DNA of 64,000 nucleotides from Marsupella aquatica. Taxonomy: Eukaryota; Plantae; Marchantiophyta. The stretch lies in contig OZ316898.1 of assembly GCA_973895155.1 (NCBI GenBank), forward strand, positions 622,751 to 686,750, read 5' to 3'. A program made the position numbers and the translations under genes. Shown piece after piece: positions 1 to 12,164 of the stretch (position 1 is the stretch's first letter; the number at the start of each line of letters is the position of its first letter). The notes beneath the pieces were generated by a model, which was given only the letters and a program-made list of their open reading frames with translations, did no database searches and was not told the origin of the DNA.

Positions 1-2455
1 TAATCGAGGAAACCCTTCACAAAGAGGGTTCACCACTACACACCTTGCTTGGTGCCCTACCACGGAATTATCAAAAGCATCAATAATATTGTTGAACCCA
101 ACTTCTCCTTCACCCACAAAAATCTCCCCACCAACTTCACAGATATGGTCGTTTTTCCGTCCACAAAACCCAAGGAGGGTATCATGTTTGCAAGCCATCT
201 GCAAACACATGGCAGATGAGCCAAGTGTAAGGCCATGATGTCTATGTAACTCTTTAGCATAGACATGAAAGTGAGTACAAGATGCAGTTTTACAAGTCAT
301 GGCACTAGTAGTACCTGACTGTTCGCTTGACACAAGTCTCATCCTCTGCTAAATAGCACGGAATAGGCCCTGATATGTTAAGACGAGTTTTGATTTGCGA
401 GTAAACCTCTGCAATAAACACAAATTGCTCTGCATGGATCCCTGCTCTGAACACTTGCATTCCTCTCCTGTCTCGTTGAAGGGTGTTTAAACTCGGCCCA
501 ATTATGTTGCTTGCCAAACAATCAACAACTCGCCTGCCCCCATGTAGGAACAATGTTTGACAAAGAAGCTTTGTTCCTGCCTTATACCTGTATCCCTCTT
601 TTGTAGTATTGAGGTTTGAAGCTATATCCGACAGCATATCCCAAAGAGCACCTCTCCCACCAAACGCTCTTGTTCTGTGAGCCAAAACTATGGATTGGCA
701 TAGCTTAACCACCGACACCTTGTTTGGTCCGGGCTCATAGTCCAAGCAAACCTCTTTGATGCTTGGGACTCGGGACTTCAACATTAGGAGTTTATGACTT
801 AAATATCTGGTCAGCCGACGCTCTCTGATAATGGAATTTCTGTAAATTTTGGCCTGCCTCTGAATCTCTGGACAAGTCAGGTAATCTAAGCGCCTACCAT
901 TGCCAGTGGTCCTTTCCCCTCTTTTCTCAAGGGCCCTATCTTCTCTGAGTACCCTCAACCGAAAGTCATCTAGTGTTTTTATGGAAAAACACTTGGAACA
1001 TGTCAAGTCTTCAAACCCTCCCCCTAGTTCGGACACTCTCCTACATTCCCTATGTCTAAATAGACCAGCGATGTAATAGGTTTGTTCACAAGTTAAAGAC
1101 CAAACCTCTTCCCTGACCAGGGGCTCTGCATACCAGACACCACCCATTTTAAGCTGGTCGCTTAAGACTCCCTTGATAGGCCTGGATTCTGAACCATACT
1201 GTACCTCATCCCGCCAAAGACCCCAACACAACAACGACAAGTTATCAAATGTACCTCTCTCATTATCGGCTGTGGACACCCGAGATGAACTAGTGGAAGC
1301 ACCTCCAGCCGATTTCTTAGTCAAGAACCCTTGGATTGTCCTCTGTTTGACATCCCTCCCATCCACACTACGGGGTCGTCCTGGGCCCCCAGTCCTGACA
1401 GGCTCATTGCGAGCCGGTCTCTGAGATCTGGCCACATAATCAAGGTGGATGAGGCCAGTACAATGGGCTATCAGGTTGGCTTCAAGGTTCCATTGTTTTG
1501 GAATCAATGTTAAGTGGTGCAGACAGAAATTGCAGAAGAGTTTAAGTGTGTGTAGCTCCACTGGCTCCTTATGCACATCACCCTTAACTACAAATGTGGT
1601 ACGACCAACAGTCTGTGATTCGTTGACCTTTTCTACAATCCGCATATGTAGCTCTAGTATGCCTCTATCACTTAGGGTATTAGCTGAAGCCCTCCTCGCA
1701 ATCTCTTGGGCCTCAACTCTCTCACCCCTATTTGATGCCACACGACCTGCATGCTTCAGAGAACGCAGGTGCAAGTTTTTGAAATTGGTGAATGTATTAT
1801 TGATAGATGATCGATCCATCAATACACCTTTGGCTACTGCTTCAAAATGCCTATCACACTTGCAACACTCAATATGCCCCCATGGCAAATTATCCTTGTC
1901 CCAGGTCTTCACTCTCCACTTGTGGTCCCCATATTTAAAGTCCTCCATGTGAATCTTCAACTTATCAACAGACTGGGACCACACTCTCTTTAGATCATTG
2001 CTCATCACTTGAGACGTAAAGCTGACTTGGAGTTCAACCACTTGCGATGGGTCAGCACAATCTGGACCTTCCTCGAGCACAGGTTCTTCCATAATGGGAG
2101 AAGCTGGATGGACATCACTTTCTGTGCAAGACGGTCCATTTGAGGCATTGCTACTTTGGATGACTTGCTGCAACCCGATTTGGCAATTCTGTTCAGGCAC
2201 AATGGCAGGCTCCAGTTCATTCTTGCGGATGATAACAATGTTTCCACCCCAATCTTCGACAAGATTATAAATCTCCCATTTTGGGGGCATCCGAGTGCCA
2301 AGACTGACATCGATGAAGTGGAAGTCAAAATCAAACTGAGACTCCAACTTGAGTCGAGCATCAGCAAAGGATTCACCTATCTTGTAACTATACGACGAAA
2401 TAGGTTTCCTTTCCCCACATTCTGTGTCTACTTGAAACAATGTTGCAGGCGGCAT
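1..2455 (-). CDS. P-element/THAP9-like DDE transposase, 3' end outside the window. Exon 2455-315, intron 314-199, exon 198 to <1, with a probable 1-bp frameshift near 187-190
   Basis: The 716-aa ORF has two Cx2C...Hx5H zinc fingers (IECCKC...HLRSLKH; LFCNFC...HCTGLIH). It then has GGRRVVDCLASNIIGPSLNTLQR (like the P-type 'Y..LR....LPS..TL.R' segment) and CYLAEDETCVKRTVR (like the first catalytic 'DEM.I' strand). After the GT-AG intron comes WLA, then in a shifted frame HDTLLGFCGRKNDHIC...FNNIIDAF...ARCVVVNPLCEGFPRL, open to the window edge. Confidence 0.6.
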
Positions 2456-4235
2456 TCTCTCACTACCTCCACTTATACCCTATTATCCAAAAATGGGCCG
2501 CCAAAATTAATGATACATGTAATGAGACTGACATGCAGCCTTCCAGTGCTCTTCTAAAGCACTCAAACGTCTGATTGGATCTCCAACATTGCTTGTTGAA
2601 ACCAGGTCATTTTGTGTGAGTGAAAGAGGTATTTTGAGCGTAACTATAAATTGTTTAATTTGTGTATCTAGCAATACAGAACTTCAGCAAAACAAGGTTG
2701 CGAGATTTGAGTCTATAATATGATTGAGACTTAGTGCTTCCCAACAGTGGAGACCGCATCCACTGGACCAATCCCATGAGAGCCTTGCCCCATCCCGGCC
2801 ATTTCTCATGGTGATTGGCTTTTGCAAGATCCTTTGCTGCTTTCTCCGACATTTCGGGTGGGAAGGGTCGTACCCTTTGCATGCAAGGACTCCAGTTTCA
2901 GCGTAAGCATAAGAGGGACAGGGATCTGCACATGGCCACTTTAGCTTGTCCCCATTCTAGCTTGTCCCGGTTCAGCTTGTCCCATGTGCTTGGTCCATGT
3001 ACAGTCGGGGCAAAGCCCACACTCCAATCCCTCTCCTCCACATCTCATTTGGGCCGCATATGCTCAATCAGCAATGACTTTAAGACAAAGTAGGAGACTT
3101 GACAACATTGAACAACCCTACACAGATAACCACCCAGACCCTAAGGACTGGCTCTAATCACTCAATCCTCATCGGGCTACCTGCTTCAAATTTAACAAGG
3201 AACGCTAGACTGCCGGCGATGAAATCCAGCAGTCTCCAATGGGGGCATGACTTCCCCATGGGTTCCTTGCATTCGACGGGCCCTGCAAACAAGTCCAATG
3301 TCTAGAGCAGAAATTCACAATACAAAAAGATTGAAACTTATCGAGAACCACACAAAGCCCTGTACGTTAGTCTTTTGAAGTAGAACTGGACAAGACTATG
3401 ACACAATTCTTCACAATCAATGAGGCAATGCAAAGTTACATGGCCATACCTTGGATAGAAAGAACAACAATGAAGAATGTCCCGACTCTCCCTTGTCGTC
3501 CACAAGTCCTTCAGTTCAAATATTGAGAGCAATGTCCCGACTGATACAAGAAAACCCACATAAATTAGTCTCTTGCAGTCGCACTGGAAAACACCAAAAA
3601 TTTTCAATCTCACCTTACAATGGATGAAGCAAAGTAGAACTCCTTGGCCATACCTTGTCCAAAGACGGGAAGATACAAAGACAATCGGGAATGTCAAATG
3701 TCCCGACGCTCTCCATGCATTTGCCCTGATTACCAACAACATAGCATGGTGAGAGCTATGGGGATAGCATGAACTAGGTGGACATATTTTGTTGTGCGCA
3801 AACAACCAACACCTTTGAGCAAATTTAAGCAATAACGCACCTAGCTATATATCTCCAAGTTAGCCTCAGGTGCTCAATTGCGTGCAACCCTAAACTGAAC
3901 GCCTCCTTGTCCAAAGGTTCTTCAATTAATTCATTGAGTGCACTGTCCCAACTGACAGAAGAAAACCCGTGTTAGTTTTCAACCAGGCAAAGCGCAGCAG
4001 CATACATCAATTATTACTATGATGCCTTTGATTTCAATGGCAGGATTGCCATCATTGTTTCTATTGTAAGAAACTCAGACTACCAAGGCCAAGGATGACA
4101 TACTAATTTTGATACTGATGTTTATACAAAAATATGCGTTGGCAAAAACATGAACGCATTGTACAAAATGACCGCACTGGTCATTTGAGATGCAAGCCTA
4201 AAACCCTGCCTAACAACCAAGAGCTATGTACATAC

Positions 4236-4634
4236 CTACTCGCCGTCTAGCAACTCTACCTCGCCTAATACAAACGGGTCGGTGTTCCAAAGCTGACACA
4301 CTTTCCAGGCACGCTTTTGTAAAAACACCTCATTGTGCTTTACATCTGCATCCGGATGAACATTGCATGTTGGGCACCTAGCAGTCAAAGGATGGATGCA
4401 ACCAGCACCAATAGCATACTCTACACCACGTATTGTACACGAGAACATGATTGATGTGGGGTCCATAAATTTCTCCCACACAGATTGTCGAGTCATCCGA
4501 GATGGAGGAGCAGAACCAAAGAGGAAAACAATGGGCACGTTCCCCTTAAGCATGCCTAAAGCCTTCAACTTATGGCGCAACCTGACTCCCTTCTCATACA
4601 GAAGACCTATAGAACGGCTTCGGGTGGTTACCAT
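4236..4634 (-). CDS. Hypothetical 132-aa protein with a CxH-x5-CPTC cluster, possibly a passenger ORF of the left-hand element
   Basis: ATG-started ORF with protein-like composition; no family recognised. Confidence 0.25.
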   Translation of the reverse strand: MVTTRSRSIGLLYEKGVRLRHKLKALGMLKGNVPIVFLFGSAPPSRMTRQSVWEKFMDPTSIMFSCTIRGVEYAIGAGCIHPLTARCPTCNVHPDADVKHNEVFLQKRAWKVCQLWNTDPFVLGEVELLDGE

Positions 4635-5799
4635 TGCTCTACCCCCGACGTGTTACCTTGGCGTGAAATGTGCAAACTGCTAGACCCCAAAGGACAATAG
4701 ACACACAAAGAAATGTACCTGCAAACATCACATCTAATTTTTTAGTAATCGAAGTGCAAAAGAAGGCATGTCTGGATTCAAATGCAAGCAAATTCAAGCT
4801 AGTGAAAGGCATGGCAGATGTAGGCAATTCAATGCAATCGGGAATGCAATGGAGGACAAAGGTTAGAAGAACTTACTTGCTTGTTGGTTGCGTCTGTTGG
4901 CACGACACCTGGACACTGCTCTCCCGGGCCGCTCTCCTAGCTCGGACAAACTATAATAAACTTCTGTAGAAGCATAAACATAGACTTATGGTCATGACAG
5001 TAACATTTTGGGAAATTTAGCAACTAGCAACTCGGAAACTTCACCTCAGTAAATAAAAAGGCACAATGAACGGGGCTCACCGTTAACTCCTCCTTCAAAT
5101 GATTGGGTCACCACTCCTTCAATAACATTAATTTCCACTGGCAGTGAATTGTTTATATCTGCACATTTGCCAGACATTTGAGTGTGAGTCCAGAGTGTGA
5201 GTTCACTGTGATACAAAGGGTAAAATAAAAATCCAATACATGGAATTCACACTCCTTTACAAAACCGTGAGACAGACCAAGGCAGAAATAGACGCAATGG
5301 AGGGAACAGATGCAAACCAAAACCTTTGCATCCATAGACAAAACATAAATGGAACTAAAGAAGAAGAAAAAAGACATAGCATATGAAAAATGAAGCAGGA
5401 AACAATTTATCGAGGTACATAAAAGCAATGCAAGCGGGAACGTAGGCAGGACGCAACATACTGATTGTTGAAGATGGATCCTGAACAACCTAGCGTGTCC
5501 TCTGATCTTTGTTCACTTCTCTCTATGGCAACTCAACATGCTCCAAAATGTTTCCCGCACTGCCGGCCCTCCAATTGACTTGTGCCCCAAAAATATGAAA
5601 TGCTCCTCTACAACTTAGAAGCACTGGCGAGTCCTGCAAGGAAATCATAAGCACAGTAAGAGACAAGCAAAATTGGATAACTTAGTAACTGTGGCGGTCA
5701 GGGCCAAGATACTCACACTAACGGATATGGTTGTACAAGACCAGGACAAGGCGACGAGTACTCCCGCAAGTACTAGTGCAATGAGAGCTTCACCGATGG

Positions 5800-6570
5800 C
5801 CCCGACGATGGCTTCAAACAAGAGCAGCAAACCTGAGCACTAGCAAAATAGGCAAGAAAGTCAAATCATAAGCCCGAAATGAAACCAACAAAATTATAAG
5901 AGAAAGTAGATGCGAAGGTCAAGGCCAAGGTACTTACAATGGCATTCAGTGGAACCTCGGACAATGTTTCTGAAAAACCGGGATGAGGCACTAGGTACTA
6001 GGGCAATGACGATACCTGCAAGAAGATGGGCCTGGCAATGGCTATTCACAACAGAGCAACCACAACACTGAGAGATAGTCAAAGTGAAGCACTGCTAATC
6101 CAGGGATGCAGAGGAATGTACGTGACCAAATGCAAGGAGGACTTGGCAGGGAACAAGCTAGGCGGGGAACTTGGACGCACTGTCAAACCATTGAGAAAGT
6201 CCCGGAGAAAGTAGCTGCAAAGGTTAGGGAAGAGGTACTTACACTGGCATTGCAGCAGAGAAACACTAGATTGAAAAGCTTTTGAAAACCTGGATGAGGC
6301 AGTCGGTGCTAGGGCTCCGGCGACAGCTTCAAATGAGAGCAACAAAATTGTAGCAAAGAATGCGCACTACCACATGAGATAGCAAAGAGCTCTGAACCAA
6401 AGAAAGACAAACAACCCCAAAGCATCAAACGGATTCAAACAACGAGCGAGACACCCAGGAGGACGAGAGAGAGCCAAGCGCAACAAGCATGAGCGGCTAT
6501 GAGATGGGACAATGAGCATCAGGTGAGCTTGAGGGCAAAGGCACTTACAATGGCGTTTGCTGCAAGACCG
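5800..6570 (-). repeat. Degenerate ~305-bp repeated units, each carrying a minus-strand GTAAGT splice donor
   Basis: ggtacttacaatggcatt (~5929), ggtacttacactggcatt (~6234) and gcacttacaatggcgttt (~6541). Shared blocks tgaaaa(a)ccNggatgaggca and gcttcaaa...gagcaNcaaa. Confidence 0.5.
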
Positions 6571-7152
6571 TCACCAGGCCAAGGCGAATACTATCAACCG
6601 GGGAATCAACTATGGCAATGGCTTCAATGACGAGCTTCAATCGGGGCTTTAGTGATGGCCACCAATGCCGACACGGGTGCGGACAGCTTGAAAATCAACT
6701 GCGATAGCTTCAGCGATGGCCACCAATGCAGACAATAGCAAGGGAAGAGCCTGGGAGGTAGCTGCGACGAGCTAGAGCCTGGGAGATTGATGCGACAAGA
6801 GCTTGGGAGACATGCGGGCAAGGCAGGGGACCTTGGTTGCGAGGCTCTCTCCATTCGACATTTGGGCCCGCATTCGGGCAACGCACGGGAGAGCAAATGA
6901 GGAGGGAAACCTGAGACCGGGATGGTCTGGGCCCCAGAACCTTCGCACTCCAACCGGGACTCAAACCCGGTGACAATCAAACCCTAAAACCTTAAAGCGC
7001 GCATACCCTGGGCATACTTGGGCCACAGATCGATAATTGGAGGGCCCCGATCTTCCCTCCCTCGGATCCAATGGGCAGGGATTGGCCCCATGTGTTTCCT
7101 CATGGGGCACTTCAAAAAACCACCCTAAACCCCTCAATATACCCTACCCTAG

Positions 7153-10100
7153 TGTGACACGGGTAACGTGTCACTTGACCGAACCCAGGTCGTAGATTAG
7201 GACTTATACGGTCATTAGGACCGTAGCCATAGCGTAGAATAGCACGTATAGCCGTCAAGTTGCCATTATGATTAGATTAGGAGTAGGTTAAGATAACCAA
7301 ATAATTACGAGTTCAGGAAAGGGATTATTACGCACGACCGAGGTACGGTGGCGGCAGCAGAGTAAAAATCAGTTAGAAGAATCACGCTTGGACCGAGGCG
7401 CCGACTTCAGCTCGTTATCAATGACCAAACGGCCTGACCTTCTCACGCTCGGGCTCGTCCTGGCACCCCCATAAGAGAGGAGCCGATGGCACTGCGGGCC
7501 ATTTGCTCATGTTTACCTTTGTGGAATTCACGGACGCTGCCATCCACTCGCCTTCTTGATTGAATCCAGTCGACCTTTACGAGGAGATTATCGAGGGAGA
7601 AGAGCGGAATGTGGTGAGATTTAGTCAGGACGAGCGAGGCCTCCGCGAAAAAGGACCAGCCAGGTGGGAACGTGGACGCAACGAACCGGACTACGAGGTT
7701 AGTATGACCCTCACAGCCTTGGGATTTTGGACCTTGTTTGGCGAGGTAGGTGCTAAGTTCTCCGAGACTTACTGGTACTCTTGCCCCGAGAAAGCCGCTT
7801 ACGAACGAAGGTACGCGAAGCTGGTAACCAAGGTAGCACTGGTTAATTGCGAAAGGACAGCCATCACCAGGGATTCTAGCTACAACGAGCTGCGAGACTA
7901 CATCACCGAACTATATCTCAGCGAGGAAGGGCTTAGATCGGTAGCAGAGGCGATTCTTGAGGTTCCAGCTAAGTTCTTTAAGCTGAAGGGAAACCAACGG
8001 CTTACTCAAGCGGAGTTTGACAACATTCTGGGGTACCTAGACCAGCAGATCGCAGCCGAAAAGTGCCAGGAAGACATCAGCAGACAACGGGAAGCGGCGC
8101 GTAATCTCACGTTCCTCGGGGAAAGCTCCAACGCCTTCAACTGGGATATGGCTACCCGAGTGCCTCAACCGATGACCACCGGAGTACCGACGAACCAGTC
8201 CCAAGTCCGTCCAGTAATCAACACGGAGTGTTCTTCGGGTTCCGAGTGAGCTAGTCCGCAACTCGAACAGCGTCCTCGTAAGCGGCCAAGGACTACGACG
8301 GCCCCCGAATCAACACAGACCGACGCCGCGCCTGCACCTGCCCCGGCAAACCCCCCGACCAACCAGACCCGACGGCCCCCGGATAACCCGAAGTCCAACT
8401 TATTACAGGTAATCCGCGTCCCCGAGGTAGTCTGGATCGCGATCAAGAAACTCGAACATGCGGACTATCTCAAGGAGCATCAGTTGGAGCGGTTCGCCCA
8501 CTTGCTATGGAGGCCGTGCGCCGCCGGGCCGAAGGAGATTTGTGAGTTCATCTCCAATTTCGACACTGATGCGTCAACCACCAAGGTTTCGGGGCAGGCC
8601 TTATCACTCACGGAGCATCGGTTAACGCAAATTTTCTGCCTACCAACCGGGCCGGTGCCGGTGGAAATCCGAATTCGGGATAGGGAGTATACACCGCGGC
8701 ACTTCAAACCCGAGGGTAAGACGGACAACGGATACAAGCAGGGGGCGTGCACCAACTTAACCTGTATGGAGCGGCTTAACTTCATACGGACTACCCTACA
8801 CATGATTGAGCCACGATCCGAGATTTCCCTCTGCACGATCGTGCAGGTGGAACAGTACAAACGATGAAACTGGGCCCAATTCTTCTACCAAAGATTCTCA
8901 GGGGAGCTGAAGCGGGCTCAGGGTGGTATGGCTATTGGAGGGAAGACTTACTTGGGAAGTCATATCGCCATTATCCTCGCCTGGTACAAGGCACGGCGGG
9001 AGGCCAGAGGAAAGAATATGGCCACCTCAGCCCCGGGTAATGTCACCCCCGCCCCAGAGGAGGCAACCCCGACTACGCGGACTACCGTCCCTCGGGCAAA
9101 CCCCGAGCCGGAAGCCCCGACTAATACTCCACAACCGCCCCCTGTGGAAATTCCACCGCCTCCTTCCGTTGAGCCTCCGCTACCTACAGTACAACCACCC
9201 CCAATCCCTCCACCACCTGAAGAAACCTTCCCCTCCCCAGCACTGACTACGGAGGAGCTCATTGCCCCTACCGAGGAACCACCGGTACCCGAGAGGATGG
9301 AGGACTACCAAGTAGCCCCGGGGACCATGGCCTACGACCTGGTCCAGAAGTTTAGCCAGACTATGTCTGGGGAGCTGGCGACATACATCGAACAACAAGT
9401 CTTGACGTACTTTCAGCCAGCCTTCTTCATGTTAGAGCACCAACCATGGATCGTCAGCCGCTTGGAAGAAGAACTCATGGCGAAGGGGAATGAGATCGAG
9501 CGTCTCCAGATGCTGGTAGAGCACCTCGAGGAGGAGGCAACGACCCACCGCGAGAATTTAGTCTGCACTGTCGAACAGAGGGACGGACTAACCCAGGAGT
9601 TAAGCAGAGCGCAGGCCGAACTCAAGAAGCTGGACGACACCGTGCTTCAATTACGCTCAGAATCTTCGGCTCGGGTTACCAGCCTGACCGACCTCAACAA
9701 ACAATTCCTGTAGGCAGCACAGCAGGTGGCTGGTCTCTCCGCCGAACGAGATAAATTGCTAGCGCAGGACCAGGTCCATCGCGACGCCATCGACCAGCTC
9801 AACTTGGAGGTGGCGCGGCTCCAGACTGAAGCCGATGAAGCTGCAAACGAGGCGGAGGAAGCAGTACGGGACAACAAGGCTTTGCAGGACCGCGTCACCC
9901 TGCTCGTCCTCCAGCGGGGAAAACCTGGGCCCACCTCTGATCAAGGCGGCTCGAGGTCTCACCCCGACAAGGGGACCAGCCCTGGTCCAACCACTGCACA
10001 CACATAAGGGGTGGTTAGCAAAGGGTAGAAGCAGGCGCCCCGCGAGGCGGTTAAGTCAGCGGCATCTTTTGGTTAGGCGTAACGACAGAATGACTATCAT

Positions 10101-10990
10101 TAGGCGCCGATTAGCGGCAGTAGGAAGAATTAGGGCCCGTCAGTTAGGATCAGCCAACGTAGGATGGAGTCCATCAACGGACTAGAGTTTGTCAGTAGGC
10201 TTGGCCGCTGCCATTCCGGTTGGCACACTCGTAGTTGACGGTCAACCGGTCAGTGCAGCGTGACCAGTAGTCAGCAGATAGTTAGTCAGTAGGTAGTATC
10301 CCGGAAGGTAGTATCCTCCGGTTCTCTTCCGCAATGGTAGTATTTAGGCTTCCCCTTCCGCGATGGGAGGGGGGAGAAGGCTTAGTTATATCAGCAGAAG
10401 AAAGGTGAGGCACGGGGAGTCCCGGCCTGAGTAGGGTCAGAGCGCACCAAGGAGTGAGAGCCAGAGTCAAGCTTGCTGGGCAAGGGCGAGGCAGGGCCTC
10501 GTAGAGACTGGGCATCGACTGCCGTTGGGCCTGCTGACCCCCTTTGAAGTCGAGTCAACCATGTAAACTGATGCTTCGCTGAGTAAATGTAGTCTTTTCC
10601 CCCTAATGTTTCTGAGAGTAACTGGTGTTGTGTGTATGCTTTGTCTGGGCAAAGGCGCCATTTTAAGGGACGTACCGGGTGCGAACTAATGTTAGGGATT
10701 GCCCCTCATTGCATGTCACAAGGTCCTCTCACGTCGATGGCTTGAAAAGCCCCAAGTCGGGAGTTAGTCCGCGTCACTAACTGAGGGAATATTCCAGCGG
10801 TGGAAAATAAATATACCTATGTCAAGTACGAATTATGCGAGTGTTATACCAGTAAGTATATCGGCTTAGCCCGACTTAGGGCTATTGAAGGTCACTACAC
10901 ACCTCCTTGCCCGAACCCTCACCCCTACTGGTGGTCGAGGTCGCACCACGACACTAACCTGGATTTAAGGCCCAGGTTAGGGGTGCGACA
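7153..10990 (+). mobile_element. 3.8-kb solo-LTR-like element (TGTGACAC...GTGCGACA) with 5-bp TSD CCTAG
   Basis: CCTAG at 7148-7152 and 10991-10995. TG...CA termini with 6/8 inverted identity. No internal LTR pair and no RT or integrase seen. Confidence 0.7.
7509..10007 (+). pseudogene. Single ~830-codon ORF (Pro-rich linkers, NWAQFF segment, C-terminal coiled coil) broken by four in-frame stops; retrotransposon accessory-type protein
   Basis: Track ORFs at 7560, 8484, 8928 and 9726 share one frame. Internal stops are TGA 7557, TGA 8247, TGA 8865 and TAG 9711, with no frameshift. In-frame ATG at 7509. Confidence 0.7.
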
Positions 10991-11257
10991 CCTAGACCCC
11001 GCGCTAAACCCCACAACCACGTCCACAACTAACAATGGCATACCAAAGGACATAGACACGTGTACCTATAGGATGATGCCATGTGTACCACTAAGATGAT
11101 GCCGCGTGGCAGAGATGATTATATACCCCCTTCCCCAAAAAAAATTGGAGCCAAATATGAAGTGCCCTTCCTTATTTAGAAAGTGACATTTGTATAAAAG
11201 GGCGGGTTGCTTAGTTACAAGTCAATTCTAAAAATTACTTCAATATGAATTAAATCG

Positions 11258-11312
11258 ACCCTTGAATCGTTCTCACGTCCGACCCGTTTTACCTAAGAGT
11301 GGGGGCCCAGGG
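11258..11312 (+). mobile_element. Orphan right-type terminus of the CCCTGGG-TIR family
   Basis: ACCCTTG-aatc-GTTCTCACGT, then 34 bp ending TAAGAGTGGGGGCCCAGGG. Same architecture as the ends at 13847 and 14593. No partner TIR found in the window. Confidence 0.65.
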
Positions 11313-12160
11313 GGCTGTTGTTTTGATAGGATTTGGCAAGCGAGCGAGATAGCCCCTGCAAACCCTGAAAACCCATGGCATCCCTAGACCCAGATGAGCT
11401 CAAAAGGATGTAGTCCTCCTTGAGAGCTCTCCACTGCACCCAAGAAGTCTTTGAATGGATTCCTCATTGGGAAGATATTGTCATTTTTGTTTGGCGCTTT
11501 CCCTTAGTGTTGCTACCGCCGTGGCTGACGACTTTGGTTTGCCCTTAACCCCCAGGGAGACACCAATCCCCTCATATATGCTTCTGGAAACATGCCACCC
11601 CTGGACCTACTTTGGTCCCCAAACTTTGGCTCCCTACCTGGACACCAACCCGCATGTTTGGGCACGCCACCAACTGACAATGCCCATAACTTTTTAGTTA
11701 GGCGTCCGTAAGCGGAGTGCCTTAGCTTGCTGTGATTGGGCCAACCCAGTGCTCATGCCTAGGCCCTCAGATCCCATCATCACCTAGGACCCTTGATTGG
11801 CCCAACCCAAATCGGGCCTAACTTGTGCCCCAAGTGTCCATCGCCCATGGAGTAAACTCCATTGGCCTTGGGCCCAAGAGGAGCTTTCACTCAAGCCCTC
11901 AGAACTTAAAGTCTATGAGGGGGTCCGGATGGTCAATCTTGAGCCCAACCCTTTTTCCTTGATCTGACCAGCCCTCAGCTAGTCTAAGTCCTTAGTGTGT
12001 GTCACCAGCTTAGCGCCTTGCCTTTGTCACTGCCACGTCCCATTGCCCATAAGTCTCCCCATGCTAAGTCCTCCCTGGATGGCCATTTTGGGCTTGAACC
12101 ATAAGGGAACTTGGGGTCAGAGTCAGCGACGCCGGAGCTAAGTGTTAAGGTATTTGAGTT
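11313..12160 (+). repeat. Dispersed ~850-bp non-coding repeat, copy 1
   Basis: Colinear with 56261-57114, from ggctgYt...aggatttg.caagcg.gcgagatagcccc to gctaagtgttaaggta.ttgagtt. Confidence 0.9.
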
Positions 12161-12164
12161 CCAT

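Noticed and set aside
57-266. ORF containing LGFVDG, superficially like the THAP9 GFVD motif
   Set aside because: This frame stops at 57-59. The overlapping frame (DTLLGFCG...NPL) stays open to the window edge and looks like the real continuation.
7006-7020. CCCTGGGCAT as the partner TIR for the 11312 end
   Set aside because: Diverges after 8 bp, lacks CCTCACTC and is not preceded by GGCTGTTG.
10890-10899. GGTCACTACA as the 3' end of the 7153 element
   Set aside because: The following bases CACCT do not match the CCTAG left flank and no PBS follows; the end at 10990 gives an exact TSD.
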